In this document: in pieces, positions 40,927 through 55,119 of the stretch | How the letters are laid out: the number at the start of each line of letters is the position of its first letter | Numbering within the stretch: the first letter of the stretch is position 1 | Source: Chrysomallon squamiferum | Taxonomy: Eukaryota > Animalia > Mollusca | Assembly (NCBI GenBank): GCA_012295275.1 | Contig: CM022675.1 | Location: 6,262,001 to 6,326,000 of the forward strand | DNA: 64,000 bases | Direction: 5' to 3' | The notes under the pieces: model-generated | The model's database searches: none | What the model was told of the DNA's origin: nothing | The model's input: only the letters and a program-made list of their open reading frames with translations | Program-made: the position numbers and the translations under genes

Positions 40927-42526
40927 AAAATTTATATTGCACTGTTTTCAGTAGTGATTGTTTATTTATTTTATAATGGTTTTAGTAAAAATTAAATAAA
41001 TAAATAACAACAACAAAAACAACCCAAAACCATATCGAGGGCTATTTCTGAATCATTTAGAGTTGTTTATGAGGCATCCATGAACGTTCTTGTGGCATTT
41101 TATAACATGCAGTTTTGTGGCATTTTATAACATGCAGACAATATTTTATTTATATATATATATATATATATATTTTTAAATTTGAATGTGTTATTAAAAC
41201 TTCTGGCTTTTGTTTTGTTTCTTCCACTGGGAGATGACAAATGATATTAGTCTATATGTCAAATCCATAAATTTGGAGTTTGTAGCAATAATGATTATAA
41301 TACGATCCAAGTTGAATCTTTTTTATTAGTCTAATGTCTGAAGTTTCCAAAATCAATTATTGGACATTTCTGATTGATAGTTCTGTGCCCTTTTGTCAGC
41401 TGACTTGGAATTGCAGTACACACACTGTTTTGTGCAGTCTTATTACAGTTAAAAAGAAGAACAAAAAATCCTGGAAGAAACTGCACAGAATCCCTAACAT
41501 ATAAAAAAAATAATCCTAACATCTTGTGTTTCCTCAAAACCCAGAGTTGCAGCCTTGTACAACAACTAGTGGGTATTTACACATCACAAATACAACTTGT
41601 TGTGATATACATCATAAGAACCAACATGTTCTTTCAACAAGAATACAGTTATACTTTCTTCTTAACCATCTGTACTTGTTTTGAATAACACAGATGAGTT
41701 GGAAGAAATTTTAATTTCGTTCTTCAAAACAATGAGAATCAATTGTCAAGGAGAAAAAAAAAGCTAAAAAAACTTAGGACAACAGGCCATATGAACAGCA
41801 AACATGTCATAAGAGAGGAATCTTACAAATAAAGTCAGTTATGTTCTCTGGTCTTTTAATGTTAAGTAATCTGTGAATGTGGATTACCAGTGAATTGAAT
41901 TTCCAGTATGTCTCACACTAGAATATGAGATGCACTGCTCTACCCTAATTCTGATAATTAATGTACAAAAATAATAATAGTAAAATCACTTAATAACCTT
42001 TCAGCAATATTCCTTACCCAGCTTTAAAATGAGGTTTCTAGATGAACCTTTTTGCACTTCAGAAAAACTATAACCCTTAGCTGAAGATATGAATATGAAA
42101 ACTTTCTATTAAGTAAAGTGTTCAGTAAATCTCATATAGTTAGGTTCACAAATATCTAATTGATATAGGAAGAAGACAGTCCTGAAATGCTTCAAGATAA
42201 AACTGTAGAAAACTTTTTATACACTTTCCATGAAAAATAGTTTAAAATATAAATAAAAATAAAATGCCTGTCTAGTTTCAATATTTATTTGTTTTATTGA
42301 ATACATTTTATTATAGTGAAAATGCACTAAATTTTATTCATGTTACAGCAAAGCAAATCATTTTAATGGTAAACCTTCTCATATATTAAATTCCTTTATC
42401 AAGTTTATGTTTTCCAGAGTAAAATAATAAACCATGAAATACAAAATGAGATTAAAACCAACTAATTTGTCAGTGTTCACAGATGTACATCTGATTTTTT
42501 TTTTTAATTTTATTTTTTTTCCAGAT

Positions 42527-45391
42527 ATGGCTGCAGCATTTGCCAATCAGGAAGGTGATGTTATCTGCAGTTTGTGTCTCCAGCTTAACAAAGACTTCAA
42601 GGTGCTGATGTGTGGTCATACATTTTGTGTATCATGTTTACAAAACCACATCAGCAGCAGCAGCAGCATCGACAGTTTTTTATGCCCTCTCTGCAAGAAC
42701 ATTATAAACATTCCAGATACCACACAGCCAAAGTCATCTTGGGCTGACCAATTTGCCACTAACTTTACATTAAAGAACATCATAAGTAAGTTGAAGAAAA
42801 ACAAAATAACTATGAAAAAAACAACAAAAAAACACGAAAGAAATAGTAATAATAATAAAGAATATATATATGCTTTTCATGATACAAGTATTCCCATATT
42901 TAGTAATGTTTGCATTGTAAAAATTGTATTGCTTTATCTGAGGGTCATAATTAAAAACAGTTTTGCATTTTAAATGTTGATAATGTGATAAGAACTATTA
43001 CAAATATCACTGTCAATTTCTGTAACATTTTTGTCACTCTTTTTATGAACATTTCTATCATTAAATTGTAAATGTTAATTTATTTTACATACTGTTACCT
43101 TGAAACAAGATGTACAGGTTGAGTCAAAATAGCATCGGGCAAGTCAAAAACATATCACATTATCTGCTTGATGACTAAAAAATTTTGGCATATGTATTAG
43201 GTGTCAAAATACAAATAACTAATGTTTGTAAGAGACTGGGAAATTATTTTAGGTTCCTGTTAGTATCTACACAACTAAACCCATATATGATATAATAGAG
43301 ACCACTTCACCAGTCTCTTGAACAGTCTGAAAGTGTTCAGAAAACCTTAGCCATGTGAACATGTTTGTAGGTTCAACTGGAATATCTCAACCATGTCTGT
43401 CTGAGGGCCCTGAGGTTTTATGAAATTACATTGTCTTGAGACATGTTCGTTTCTTATAGAATATATCAAGTCTATTATACCTAACACAAGTCTATTATAT
43501 CAATTCTATTATACCTAACTGACACTGGAAACAATGTCAACAAAAGCTATCATTGCCTGTGCAGCTGAATTTTGGGAAGTTCAAATTAACTGAAATCTTG
43601 ACAGGTGACTTGTCAACAAATGAGTTGTTGTTGTTCTTTTTACATATGTCTACAGCCAGTGAACATGTTTTGTATATGTAATAATATTATGGTAAATATG
43701 TTGTTTTTTGCAAACATCATTTCAGCCATAAAAACACTTTATTCACTTGTAGACCGAGCCTTTGTAAAACATTCCAGATGTTTGATTCAGTGATATCCCT
43801 TGACAACATAATAATAATAATTTAAATACAATTTTTTTTTAATAAAACTAAAACAAGTTCCATGTCCTTCTATATTGTGACAGTAGTTTTTAATGATATG
43901 ATAACATTTTTTTAGGAACAATTTAAAAAAACAAAAACACAATATTTGGTCACTGTCTAATCAAAGGTTATAGAGACTGGTCAAGGTGTTACTATGATTG
44001 GCCAGTCAAAATATTTTTTAAAATCTCTCCAACTGTATACCCTGTTATTAATATTACTAATTACAAATTAATGTAAATATTTATATTTCTAGGTTATGAT
44101 GTTCATCCTCAGTTTCAAACTCTACAATCAATCTGTCAGTCACTGAAGTCTTTCAATCTTATTTTAACACAAAACATGGAGTCTGAGATTGAAAGAATTC
44201 AGAGAGATTTAAACCTCATTGTAGACAAGTCAGCCCAGAAGGTAGACAGAATGATGGGGGAGTTAACACAGACAATCCAAGCAGAAAGGATGGAATTAGA
44301 AGCACAAATTAAAGAGTCAAAAATAAATGTTGTAAAAGAAATTCCAGACAGTTTTATGAAACACAGACAACTGATTAGTGCAGGTGAGAAAATGATCAAA
44401 TTTGGTGAATATCTTCTTGTTCATTCTTCAGCTGATGAAATTCAGGAAAAACATTTCAAAATTTATTAAACAACAACAAGAAACATCAGATTTCCAGTCA
44501 CAAAACAAACAAGGTGAAATTCAAGTTGTCAGAATTCAGAAAGCAAACATAAAAATACAAACACAAGGTTTAAAACTGCAATTAATAAAAACACACACAG
44601 ACAGAGAGATAGACAGACAGACAGACATATTGAAATTAACTAAAACTGTGAAAACAGAGCTAGAACAGCCACATTTCATTCTGGTTTTAGAAAGAGAAAA
44701 TCAAACTGTAATTATTTTAAATGATTTTATTAAAAGATCTGTTAAATGTTTTGCTGTTGAAGAGTCAAAATTTCTCAGTGAATACAAAGTTGAAAGTGGA
44801 CCATATGGTCTGTGTGAATCACATCACAGTGAAGTTGTTGTCACTTTGCCAGACAAATATCAAATTTTCTATTTACAACTTGAAGGTGAAAGTTTACATC
44901 TGAGAAAAACACTGAATACTGAAAAAAAGTATGAGTTTATATCAGTGTTACCAGGCAATCGTCTGGCAGTCTGCACTGAAGGGTTTAGGGGTAATTATCT
45001 GGACATACTGGATGAAGGGGGTCACATTATTCAGTCTTTCTCAGACTTGAAATCCAGAGGTCTCACCCTGCAAGGTCACGCTCTGATTGTTTTATCTGTA
45101 GACACAGTAACATGTATGACATCATCAGGTGATGTCACCTGGAGGTCACGTGATAAAGGAAGATTACATTATCTTACTGATGTTAAATGTGACACAGACA
45201 AGTTTGTTTATGTCTGTGATAGTAATAGAAATTGTATTGTCCAGTTATCACCTGACGGACAAATTGTCCGTTACATTATCACTGACCAGGATGGAGTGTC
45301 TGAACCATGGTTTCTCTGTTTTCATAAAAATAAAGTTTATATAGCAGAGTTGGATGGCCAAATTAAAATATTTACTTGGATCAAAGTTTAA
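42527..45391 (+). CDS. TRIM-like E3 ligase (RING-HC, coiled coil, NHL-like beta-propeller); exons 42527-42785 and 44093-45391 with a +1 frameshift at ~44460
   Basis: RING CSLC..CGHTFCVSCL..CPLC..FATNF; phase-1 intron AA|GTAAGT..CTAG|GT; coiled coil MESEIERIQRDL..; NHL-like blades PYGLC..VVVTLP, DVKCDTDKFVYVCDSNRNCIVQLSPDGQ, PWFLCF..KVYIAE. Removing one A from TTCAAAATTT joins ORF 44176-44469 to ORF 44402-45391. Confidence 0.85.
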
Positions 45392-46289
45392 TAATTATCT
45401 ATAACCTGAAATTTGACGTTATCAAATGATAGATTGTAAATAAATAATTAAATAAACTGTATAAATTATTAAAATTATTAACAAGTTTTCTACTGTTGCC
45501 TTTATTTCCTATCTGTTCTAACAGTTTGTTTTTGCATTGAATTTTACAATTAATTCTAATCAGTTCATGGTTGAAAAAAAATGTCACTGTTACAAAATTT
45601 TCTAACTTGGTAAGATTTAATTGCAACCTTTTTATCTTCATGTGTGACTTTATTTCCTTTATATATATAAAAAAAATTTTTTATTTTTTTTTCAATATTT
45701 TCATTTGTTTTTTTTTTATATATTGTTTCTATTATTTCATATATATATATGATATGGATATTTTGTGTTACCAGAATTACATTTTTCATTTTATATATTA
45801 TTATGATCTGATATTCCTCTCTGTTTACTTACATCTTAAGAGGAGATAAAAGGAATTAAGTAAATTTTCACCAAATTTTATTATTTTCTCACCTGTTAAC
45901 ATAAGAAAATTAGAACATGATCATTAATTAGGTTTCTAGTCTTATGTATTTCTCTTAACAGCAATACTTTTAACATAGGGATGAGTTATTTTTCATTTTT
46001 TATTATTTAAAACAACAATTTTGCTTCTTATTTTATTGTTACACTTTATTATTAGTAAAGATCTGTGAGAAGTAAATAAAAAATAATGAAAAAAATACAG
46101 AAAACATTGTGACCCATTTGCCCACAGTAAGTTAAAAATGTTTATGAATAATTCTGTTATATATCATAAATGACAGTTGTATTGTGTAAATGCATGTTTA
46201 AGATATACTTTATTATATCAAGAATAATAATGAATAGTATTGTGGAATCCATCTTTGGTCTTACAAAATATCCCTTAACTGTCTTGGAT

Positions 46290-46422
46290 TCCTCACCACA
46301 GTTCCAACCATGTGACAAAACAACAACATAGGCTTGTTGGATGAGATAAGGATGCTAGAATAAATAAATACCAACTGATCACATTAAACTCAATAAATGC
46401 CTCTTCACTTTAAAAGAAAAAA

Positions 46423-46465
<43 letters not shown>

Positions 46466-46752
46466 TGTGAAATAGAAATTACTGATAACTTCTTTTGCCT
46501 ATCTTACTGCTGCTAAAGTAACTATAGTTACTATCATCAAAATCATCATCACTAGTATTATTTATTTATTTATTTATTGATATTATTATTACCATCTGAG
46601 TAATGTTTAAACATCTGTTTGTCCATCAGACTCTTTTCTTAACATGTCTGTACACCTGCTGTTGTAAAACTCACCGCTAGGACCAAGTCCAGTGGTTTTA
46701 AACACTTGTAAGTCAAACTAATACCAGCCAGCAGAAGTGGACTTATCACTGA
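46290..46752 (-). pseudogene. Decayed copy of two contactin-like fibronectin type III exons
   Basis: Aligns by eye with 63463-63940; translates GWY*FDLQVFKTTGLGPSGEFY with a stop and indels. Confidence 0.65.
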
Positions 46753-47124
46753 ATATATTTTAATTTAATATTTCAAATAATAATAATAATAATCAGCAGC
46801 AGCAGCAGCATCATAATAATAATGATAATGAGGATGTTGTTGATAAATAATATAACAAAATAAGTAATAATAGTGTTTATTTCTTAAATTAAAAACAAAT
46901 AGTGTTAATGTCATTAAATTAAATACATTTTAATTTTTTTTTTTTTTTTTTTTTTTTAAGTAACTCCTAGGTTATTGAAGTCTTGTACTGTGACTTGATA
47001 AAGCAGATAACAAATTTCCATATCCATGGTAACAAGTCTTTCTTTGCTTTATTTAGTTTTTGCTGTATCAAATGTATAATTTTAGGTTTGTAGAAGTGTG
47101 CATGTATGTATGTACGTGTATGTC

Positions 47125-47159
<35 letters not shown>

Positions 47160-48326
47160 CTGTATTTCTATATTGCTATCTATATAATCTCTTAACTTCT
47201 CTGTCTGCATAACTGCCTATCTATATATCTATCTGTCTATTTATATGTAAACATCTTTAAATATTTAAATATTTAATCATTTATTTTTTGAATAACCTTT
47301 TTTTTTTTTTTTTTCAAACAATGTTTAGATAGAAAAATTGCAGAAACACGGATTTTCGTATTTATATAAAAATGCAAACAATAAACCTTCTTCATATTAC
47401 CATTATTAATAACTGTTATTCACATCTTGTAAACATTGTTTTAAAATATTTTTTGGAAATATCTACATATGACAATGATACATATACATTATGATAATAA
47501 ACGATGTTCAAAGTACAGTCACATTCAACAGTAAAAGAAGTAAATAAAATTAAATCAAAAAAAATAAATAAAAAATAATATCTTGTAGACGAAACGACAC
47601 AGACCTGGGATGTTTCATAATTTCAGTAACAAGGGGACCAAGGTAATTCAGGTAAGTTAACAAATTTCTTTTACAAATCGTTCTCGGCTGTATAGGAAAT
47701 TAGGAAATGTGTGTATATCCGGATAATGTGTTACCTAGTTAGAGATGCTGCCAATTACATACGTCAGTCAATTTAAATATAAACTGATCTGCATATATCT
47801 AACAGTTATACACATAAAAGAAGAAAGATAAATAAATAAATAGGTTTTATCAAAGAAAAACTAACACCACCGTACAATTTACAAAGCCTCGGACGCTCTG
47901 TAATTTAATTTACGATTTATTTGCTGTTTCTTCATTTATTAAAATTTAATTTATATGCAAGTTTTATATTCTAGATATAACACGAAAAATATTTATGTGA
48001 CCTAACATGCAGATCTCTCATATTCTTGAGTGTGTACTTGTAAGTGCTTTTCGTTCTAGATCACACGGGTAATTTTTAATACACTGTATTGCTCTAGTGG
48101 TCAGGTGAGAATGTCAGCCCTTTTACAAATCAATGTACTAAATATATCATGTCTTTAAAAACTAGTTTGCGCACAAACACACGAAAAGTGTAAAAATAAA
48201 TTTAAAAAATCGGTGTCGGAACTAAAGGTATCAGTTTTAAGCATAAACGAAATCATTATTTACAACTGAAAGTTAGCTATTTTAAATTTTCTACGCTAAT
48301 GTCAGACCTATTAGCCTTACATTACA

Positions 48327-48371
<45 letters not shown>

Positions 48372-48453
48372 AATGGTTTTCATCATCATCATAAACCATG
48401 CATCATTATTATTGTTGTTGTTGTTGTTGTTCTTCTTCTTCTTCTTCTTCTTC

Positions 48454-48496
<43 letters not shown>

Positions 48497-48830
48497 GAGA
48501 TATCCTATATCGTCAGATGCTATATCGGTGGCTTTGTTGATGAATGACAAAGATAATGAAAACAATACACTCCACCCAGAATAAACAGGTATGATATAAC
48601 CCAAGATCACGTGACAACTGCGTATTATCGAGTTACGTAAGCCCAATAATTATTTATTTAGTTAGTTTGTATTCCGGGAACAAATAATTTTGTGAAATTA
48701 CGATTGTCGTCCTCGTTTCGATTTTTTCTTGTCCTCCCACAAATACTTCTCACAGGAGAAACCAGTAAAAAAACAAAAAAAAACAAGTAGGTTGCAGTAA
48801 TCTTTATTGTTTTTTTTTTTTTTTTCATTA

Positions 48831-49860
48831 TTACAGTTTCCTTGTTCTGAAAGGTAGATTCTTTGTCCATCTGTAGTTTCTTGATATGAAAATTGTGTAA
48901 GAGGAAAATAAGTTATTCAAAAAATAAATAGGATTAAATATTTACATCCGTCTTGCAGTATTATAAACATACCTAATTAAATGTTTACTGTTTTATAAGT
49001 ACTTAAAAAATATATTGTTGTTTGTTTCTTTGTGGTTGTCTTTGTTATTCCTAGTGATATTAGTAAAAGTTGTAGTTGTGATAGTAGAAGTGCTGATAAC
49101 AATAGTAGTAAAAGAAGCAGTAGTAGTAAAGGTACTTCATTGATGCCATCTGTAACAAACTTACATAGTCTGTAATAAAACCTCCACAGAAGTGCTTTGT
49201 TGAATAGGTCGACATGACTTCATACAAACTTTGTACTGGTCTACCATTAATATAAAGCCGTGGTGGTAATTAATCCCATAATTTATGACCAACAAGTCAA
49301 GGAATTTTGCAAATGACATATCTACAACGAAAGAAAAATAATTAGTAGAGATTTGTTTTGTATTTAAGGATTTTTTTTTTTTTTTGTGTCCACGTTTCTG
49401 TTTATTTTTCACAATTTTATATAGTGTGCTTGCTTGTTCTTTTTAGTTATATACCTTGCCAATTTTTCTATATTGCTATCTCTTTATGAATCTACTATAT
49501 ATGACCACCTTACTATATATCTAGCTGTCTGTCTATGTATATGTATATTTATGTAAATATCATTTTTGCAGTAGATCTTCTATCCGTCAGTTTTTTCCGT
49601 ATGTATATCTGATTCCCTGTTTGTCTTCAAGTCTGCACGTATTACATTCTGTTTGGTGTCTACAAATGTTTAACTAAGAAGCAGTACGTACTTGCTTTGT
49701 AAGGCAGTAATGAAATAATTTGCTTCAGTGTGTGTATAACAGGGACGAACTTTAAACAGTTGTGACTACACAGATTGGCTGTGGTCGGCGTGATGAGGAT
49801 TAAACACACCACGAGAAGGAAACACGTAGGACTGAGAAAGTATCTGTGCATTGCAGTCAT
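48831..49860 (-). CDS. Secreted twin-CxxxC protein, copy B (exons 49860-49692, 49321-49165, 48879 or 48870-48831)
   Basis: MTAMHRYFLSPTCFLLVVCLILITPTTAN/LCSHNCLKFVPVIHTLKQIISLLPYKANMSFAKFLDLLVINYGINYHHGFILMVDQYKVCMKSCRPIQQSTSVEVLLQTI(NYR)WTKNLPFRTRKL*. Exon 1 has the same 169-nt length and A|GTACGT donor as copy A. The exon-3 acceptor homologous to copy A reads CAT; downstream AGs give the homologous frame. Confidence 0.75.
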
Positions 49861-49960
49861 CCCTGAAAACCAAAAAAGAAGAGAAAAACCCCAAAAGAAG
49901 AAGGAAGGAATAAAAGAAGAAAACTAACAAAGAAAAAACAAAAGAAAGCAAACAAACGAA

Positions 49961-50007
<47 letters not shown>

Positions 50008-50026
50008 CAAACCCATTAAATAAATA

Positions 50027-50064
<38 letters not shown>

Positions 50065-50339
50065 CAAACAGAGCAGATTCACAGAATTAACTTATTCTTT
50101 CTTGGTAACGCTAATTGTAATATTAAGGCCCCGTTTTAATGTATGTAAATACGTTGAACACTGATATTTTATGTACGTCTAATTAGACTGCTGTTAACTA
50201 GTATTCGGGAAGGCAATGATACAGGGGGAGAAAATTAAAACACAACCTCACAAAAAATAAGATGCCGCTGACGAGTCTCGAACCTGCAGTACCCATCTGC
50301 CCGATCTGTATTGTTCTTGATTGATTGAATGACAGAATG

Positions 50340-50462
<123 letters not shown>

Positions 50463-51509
50463 CAAAACAATAATGATAATTTCATTTCACATGATGTAAT
50501 GTTTTGAAATAAGATGTGTCATGGTTTACAAGTAATCCTTTCTCACATATATACGTAATTTCTTTTCGACAGATACAATGAACAAAAATGCATTTTTTAC
50601 CTTATTAATTGAAATTATATATGTATTTAGTGCGTGTGATTTTGTACGTTAGTGTCCGTAAGTTCGAGGGTGTGAATATGTTTCTTTTTGTCTTTCTTTC
50701 ATTAAATAAAATGTTTTCATTTTCAAAGAAGAAAACACTCACTTTAAATCAGCCTCCGGTTCGTCTGCCCCACTGATCTATAGAACTTTTCTAAAACTGC
50801 TCTGTTTCCGTCGTTGTGTAATGGTTTCTTATATTCTTTCAGAACAACATTTAAATCCAGTCAGAATGTCAGTTTATTACCCACGTAACTCTCTAAACTA
50901 ATATAATCGTTTTAATCATCATAAAAATGATTTTTATGATGACAGAGGAAATGTTTCATGTTAAATATTGTAGATTTTTTTCATTATTATTAATTACTTT
51001 TCTTTTTACAATACCATCTAAAACTCTCTGTGAAAAGATAGAGTATTCATTTATTAATGTGGGTATATCATTAAATTTGCATATGTAATATAATGCGTAT
51101 ATGTATATATATATATATAAAAATTAAATTCGCATATCTAATATAATGCATATACATATATATATATATGCACGTAAATTGATACGTACCAAGGTATGTA
51201 TATCTCTATATGTATGCATGTATGTATGTATGCTGAGCATTGTAAAATATAGTACAGGCTTTTTTGGTCCGTTTTAAAGCTTAATATCTTATGCTCGTTT
51301 CTTCCATTTTTATAATTTTGCTTTATATTTTAATTACATTTAATCACATATATAAAACAATTTTGGGATTCAAATACACATTTGCAACAATACAAAATAT
51401 TTCTTAGCCTATTCCAAATTATTTCAGAAACCTTTCTGAACTGTCTATAAAAACATATCATCTCAAGCAAAAACAACAACAACAAAATCAATCAATATTC
51501 TTGCAAATA

Positions 51510-52164
51510 CAGGTGTACCTTGACTTACGAGTTTAATTCGTTCCGTGACCGAGCTCGTTACTCAGTTTGCTCGTATATCAAATCAATTTTATCAAATGAA
51601 ATTTATTGAAATACCATTAATCCGTTCCATGTCCCCGAAAAACCACCCCAGTTTTTTGTAACGTGTTTTTTAAATAAGAAAAATGGATGTATAAATGACA
51701 AATATTGTAAAAAAACCAAAAGAGAATGTAAGGAAATAAATTGATTTTGTAAAGTCTACTGGACTGGGGTTTCTCCATCTTTTCATGGATAGAGGTTCGC
51801 AGCTTAAAAATTATTTTAACGCCTTTGGCTGGAGTTATAGCCTTTATCGACTATTTCTGCTTCAGTAGAGTACATATCGTAAATGTACTATGCTCGTACT
51901 GCCTAGCCATGTTGAGTACACGCACACCTCGCTTTTTCTATGATTTCATGCTTTAATTCAATGGACATCATCCGCTTCTTCTTCTCAGCACTGACCTTTT
52001 CACTCACTTTCTTAAGATTCATAGAAATTTTGAAGTTCGCTCGTAACTCGGATTTTGGCTCTTAAATCAAAGCAAAAAATCGACCGTGCAGCTGCTAGTA
52101 AGTCGAAAAACTCATAAGTTGGAGAACTCGTAAGTTGGTGCACTCGTAAGTCGAGGTACCACTG
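51510..52164 (-). mobile_element. Internally deleted pogo/Tigger DNA transposon
   Basis: TA|CAGGTGTACCTTGACTTACGAGT ... ACTCGTAAGTCGAGGTACCACTG|TA TIRs with TA TSD; minus strand from 52022 reads MNLKKVSEKVSAEKKKRMMSIELKHEIIEK..GVRV..ARQY..TICTLLKQK, a CENP-B/Tigger N-terminal HTH, frameshifted. Confidence 0.88.
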
Positions 52165-52311
52165 TATTACAAATCGTTTCTGAACCTTTTAATGAAATGA
52201 ATCAAATCCAAATGTCAGTGTATTACCCATGTATCTCTCAAAACTAATATAATCATTTTAATCATCATAAAACCTATGTTTATTACGAGACAGGAAATGT
52301 TTTATGTTAAC

Positions 52312-52345
<34 letters not shown>

Positions 52346-52789
52346 AGGATGCATGCACTGATATTTGGACGTATAACCATTTAAGTATTATGAATATAAG
52401 TATGTATGCTGTGCATTACCTTTTCAATAAAACATTGTGCTGAATATAATTTCTGGAAAGATTATTTTATCTGCCTCTTTTTACATTTGCCTTCTTCGAC
52501 ATCTTTAATAATAATAATAATCACAATAATGATGATGATGATGATGATGACAAACGGACGTTATTGTGAATTATTTTAAAATAACATTCATGAGAGGTTT
52601 CAGAATTGTTCTGTGTATAGTGTTATGTCGCGTTCAGTATGAAGGTAATTAATATTAAGTTTCAATATAGATGTCAGATTTAAATAAATAAATGAAATAA
52701 TATATAGACTGATAAATAAATAAATAATGATTTAATCATGCAAACTCAGATTTTGTTCTTATTTTATTTAATTATTTGATCATTTAGAT

Positions 52790-53291
52790 TGTGAATACAG
52801 CAATGAAGACAAAAGTAAATAACAGTGTACGTTGTGAACAGAAAAATGGACACAAAAATAAATAACAATGTACGTTGTGAAAATAGAAATGAAGACACGA
52901 GTAAATAGCAATACCAGTAAGATGAAGGCAAAATGGAATAACACATTACGTAGTGACCAGTAAGATGAAGGCAAAAGGGAATAACACATTACGTAGTGAC
53001 CAGTAAGATGAAGGCAAAAGGGAATAACACATTACGTAGTGACCAGTAAGATGAAGGCAAAAGGGAATAACACTGTAGGTAGTGACCAGTAAGATGAAGG
53101 CAAAAGGGAATAACACTGTAAGTAGTGACCAGTAAGATGAAGGCAAAAGGGAATAACACTGTACGTAGTGACCAGTAAGATGAAGGCAAAAGGGAATAAC
53201 ACTGTAAGTAGTGACCAGTAAGATGAAGGCAAAAGGGAATAACACTGTACGTAGTGACCAGTAAGATGAAGGCAAAAGGGAATAACACTGT
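52790..53291. repeat. 43-bp minisatellite (ACGTAGTGACCAGTAAGATGAAGGCAAAAGGGAATAACACTGT), ~9 near-perfect plus degenerate copies
   Basis: Head-to-tail units read directly. Confidence 0.95.
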
Positions 53292-53429
53292 GAATGTTCT
53301 CAGTTATCTTCTACAAACCGTAAAATTGTAACGAAGCCGGGTGACCTTATATCAGCAATTATCAGATTATCAGGTGAACATAAATTAAAATTAAATTAAA
53401 CTGAAGTAAATAAACTGCTGTACTATCAG

Positions 53430-53530
53430 GGATTAGTATTTCACTCCTAGACTGGGATTTTTGAAAGCCGGAACCAAGCGTTTGAGACTCGAACGAGAAG
53501 CCTTCTGATTGGATATCGAACATGGTAAAT
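53430..53530 (+). promoter_or_regulatory. Candidate leader exon ending GAAC-ATG|GTAAAT (second copy at 55855-55863)
   Basis: Same AAC-ATG|GTAA architecture as 23411, located ~1.6 kb upstream of the first coding exon of copies C and D. Confidence 0.4.
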
Positions 53531-54978
53531 GTAAAGAGATAGATGAAATAATATTTGCAGAAATGACATTCAGGACAAAGTTGATACTGGATAAGCCATG
53601 AAGGATTGAATTTTTAACTAGCAGACTCTACGAAATTCAGATATGACGTCCCGTCATAGCTAACAGGAAAACCCAAGTTTTAAAGAGCCTATCACTTTCT
53701 AGACAATTTTCTGAAAAATCCTCTGTGAATCTACATAAAAAAATCTGTTTCGAAATCTTTTAAGCGTCATTTCATAAAAAGGTGCAGAAACGCTTTGAAA
53801 TATTTGCAAGAACATGTTTCTTTAAGAATGTTTATCATTTTTTTTTTTTTTGCTTGTTTTTTTTTTTTTTTTTTCATGTCTTTTTTTTTTTGTTATTGTT
53901 CTTGTTTGAGATTTTATCTTTTTATAGATAATTCACTAAATGTCCGAAGTAATTTTAAACAAGCAAACAAATATTTTGTATTCTTGAGGAAGTGTGTTTG
54001 TGTACATAAAATGTTTTGTTTGTGTGATTAAATGTATTTAAAATATAAAGGAAAAATTATAAAAATGCAAGAAACCTGTATAAAATATTTAGCATTAAAA
54101 CGGGCCAAAGAATACTGCAATATATTTTACAATACTCAGGACACATACATACATACATACTTACGTCAATATATGCGTACATACGTTTATATATATGTGT
54201 GTGTGTGCGTGTTTAAATTGATGTGTGGATGGATATATGGACGTAAGCATATATGCATTTATCTATTTGTACTGGGCACTATGCATATTTATTACAGTAT
54301 TCTTTAGTCTGTATAAATTTACGTGCACGCATACACACACACATATTCATATATGCATATATACATACGTACGTACGTATAAAATTAATGATATATCCAC
54401 TTTAACAAACTTTTCACTGACAGATTTATATGGTATAGTAAAAAGAAAAGTAATTAATAATAATTAAAAGATCTACAATAGTTAACATGAAACATTTCCT
54501 CTGTCATCATAAACATTCAATTTTATTATGAATAAAACGATTATATTAGTTTAGAGAGTTACGTGGGTAATAAACTGATATTCTGACTGGATTTAAATGT
54601 AGCATTTAAACAACCATTACAAAGCGACGGGGACAGAGCAGTTTTAGACAAGTTCTGTAGACCAGTGGTGTAGAAGAAACCAAGACTCATTTAGAGTGAG
54701 TACTATTTTCTTAAATATGACACATCTTTGTTCAAAACATAAGATCATGTGAAATGATATTATTGTTACTGGTGTTTTACCAATCTCTTTCTCTCTCTCG
54801 CTCTCTCTCTCATTCAATCAGTCAATCATTCAGTAAATTAAAAATAATGCAAATCGCGCAAATTGATGAAGTACGTTCGAGACTCATCAGCGGCATCTTA
54901 TTTTTGTCACGTTCTTATTTGATTTTGTCCTCCTGTAACTGTGCGTTCCTGAATACCGTTATTATCATTATTAGTTCT

Positions 54979-55009
<31 letters not shown>

Positions 55010-55119
55010 GTCTTTTCTTTTTTCTTTCTTTTTTTTTTTTTTTTTTTCTTTTATTTTTTCTTTTTACTATTATTATTTTTCTTTTTATTATTATTATTAT
55101 TTTTTTTCGTATTTCAGGG

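Noticed and set aside
52913-53291. 43-bp repeat arrays (also 55255-55624) as CRISPR or as repeat-protein ORFs
   Set aside because: Units are contiguous with no unique spacers, there are no cas genes and the context is eukaryotic; the minus-strand ORFs are artefacts of a stop-poor repeat
54754-55119. N-terminal extensions of ORFs 54754-55296 and 57082-57681
   Set aside because: They run through intronic T-rich tracts ending in a TTTCAG acceptor; homology with the paralogs places the start at 55120 and 57445
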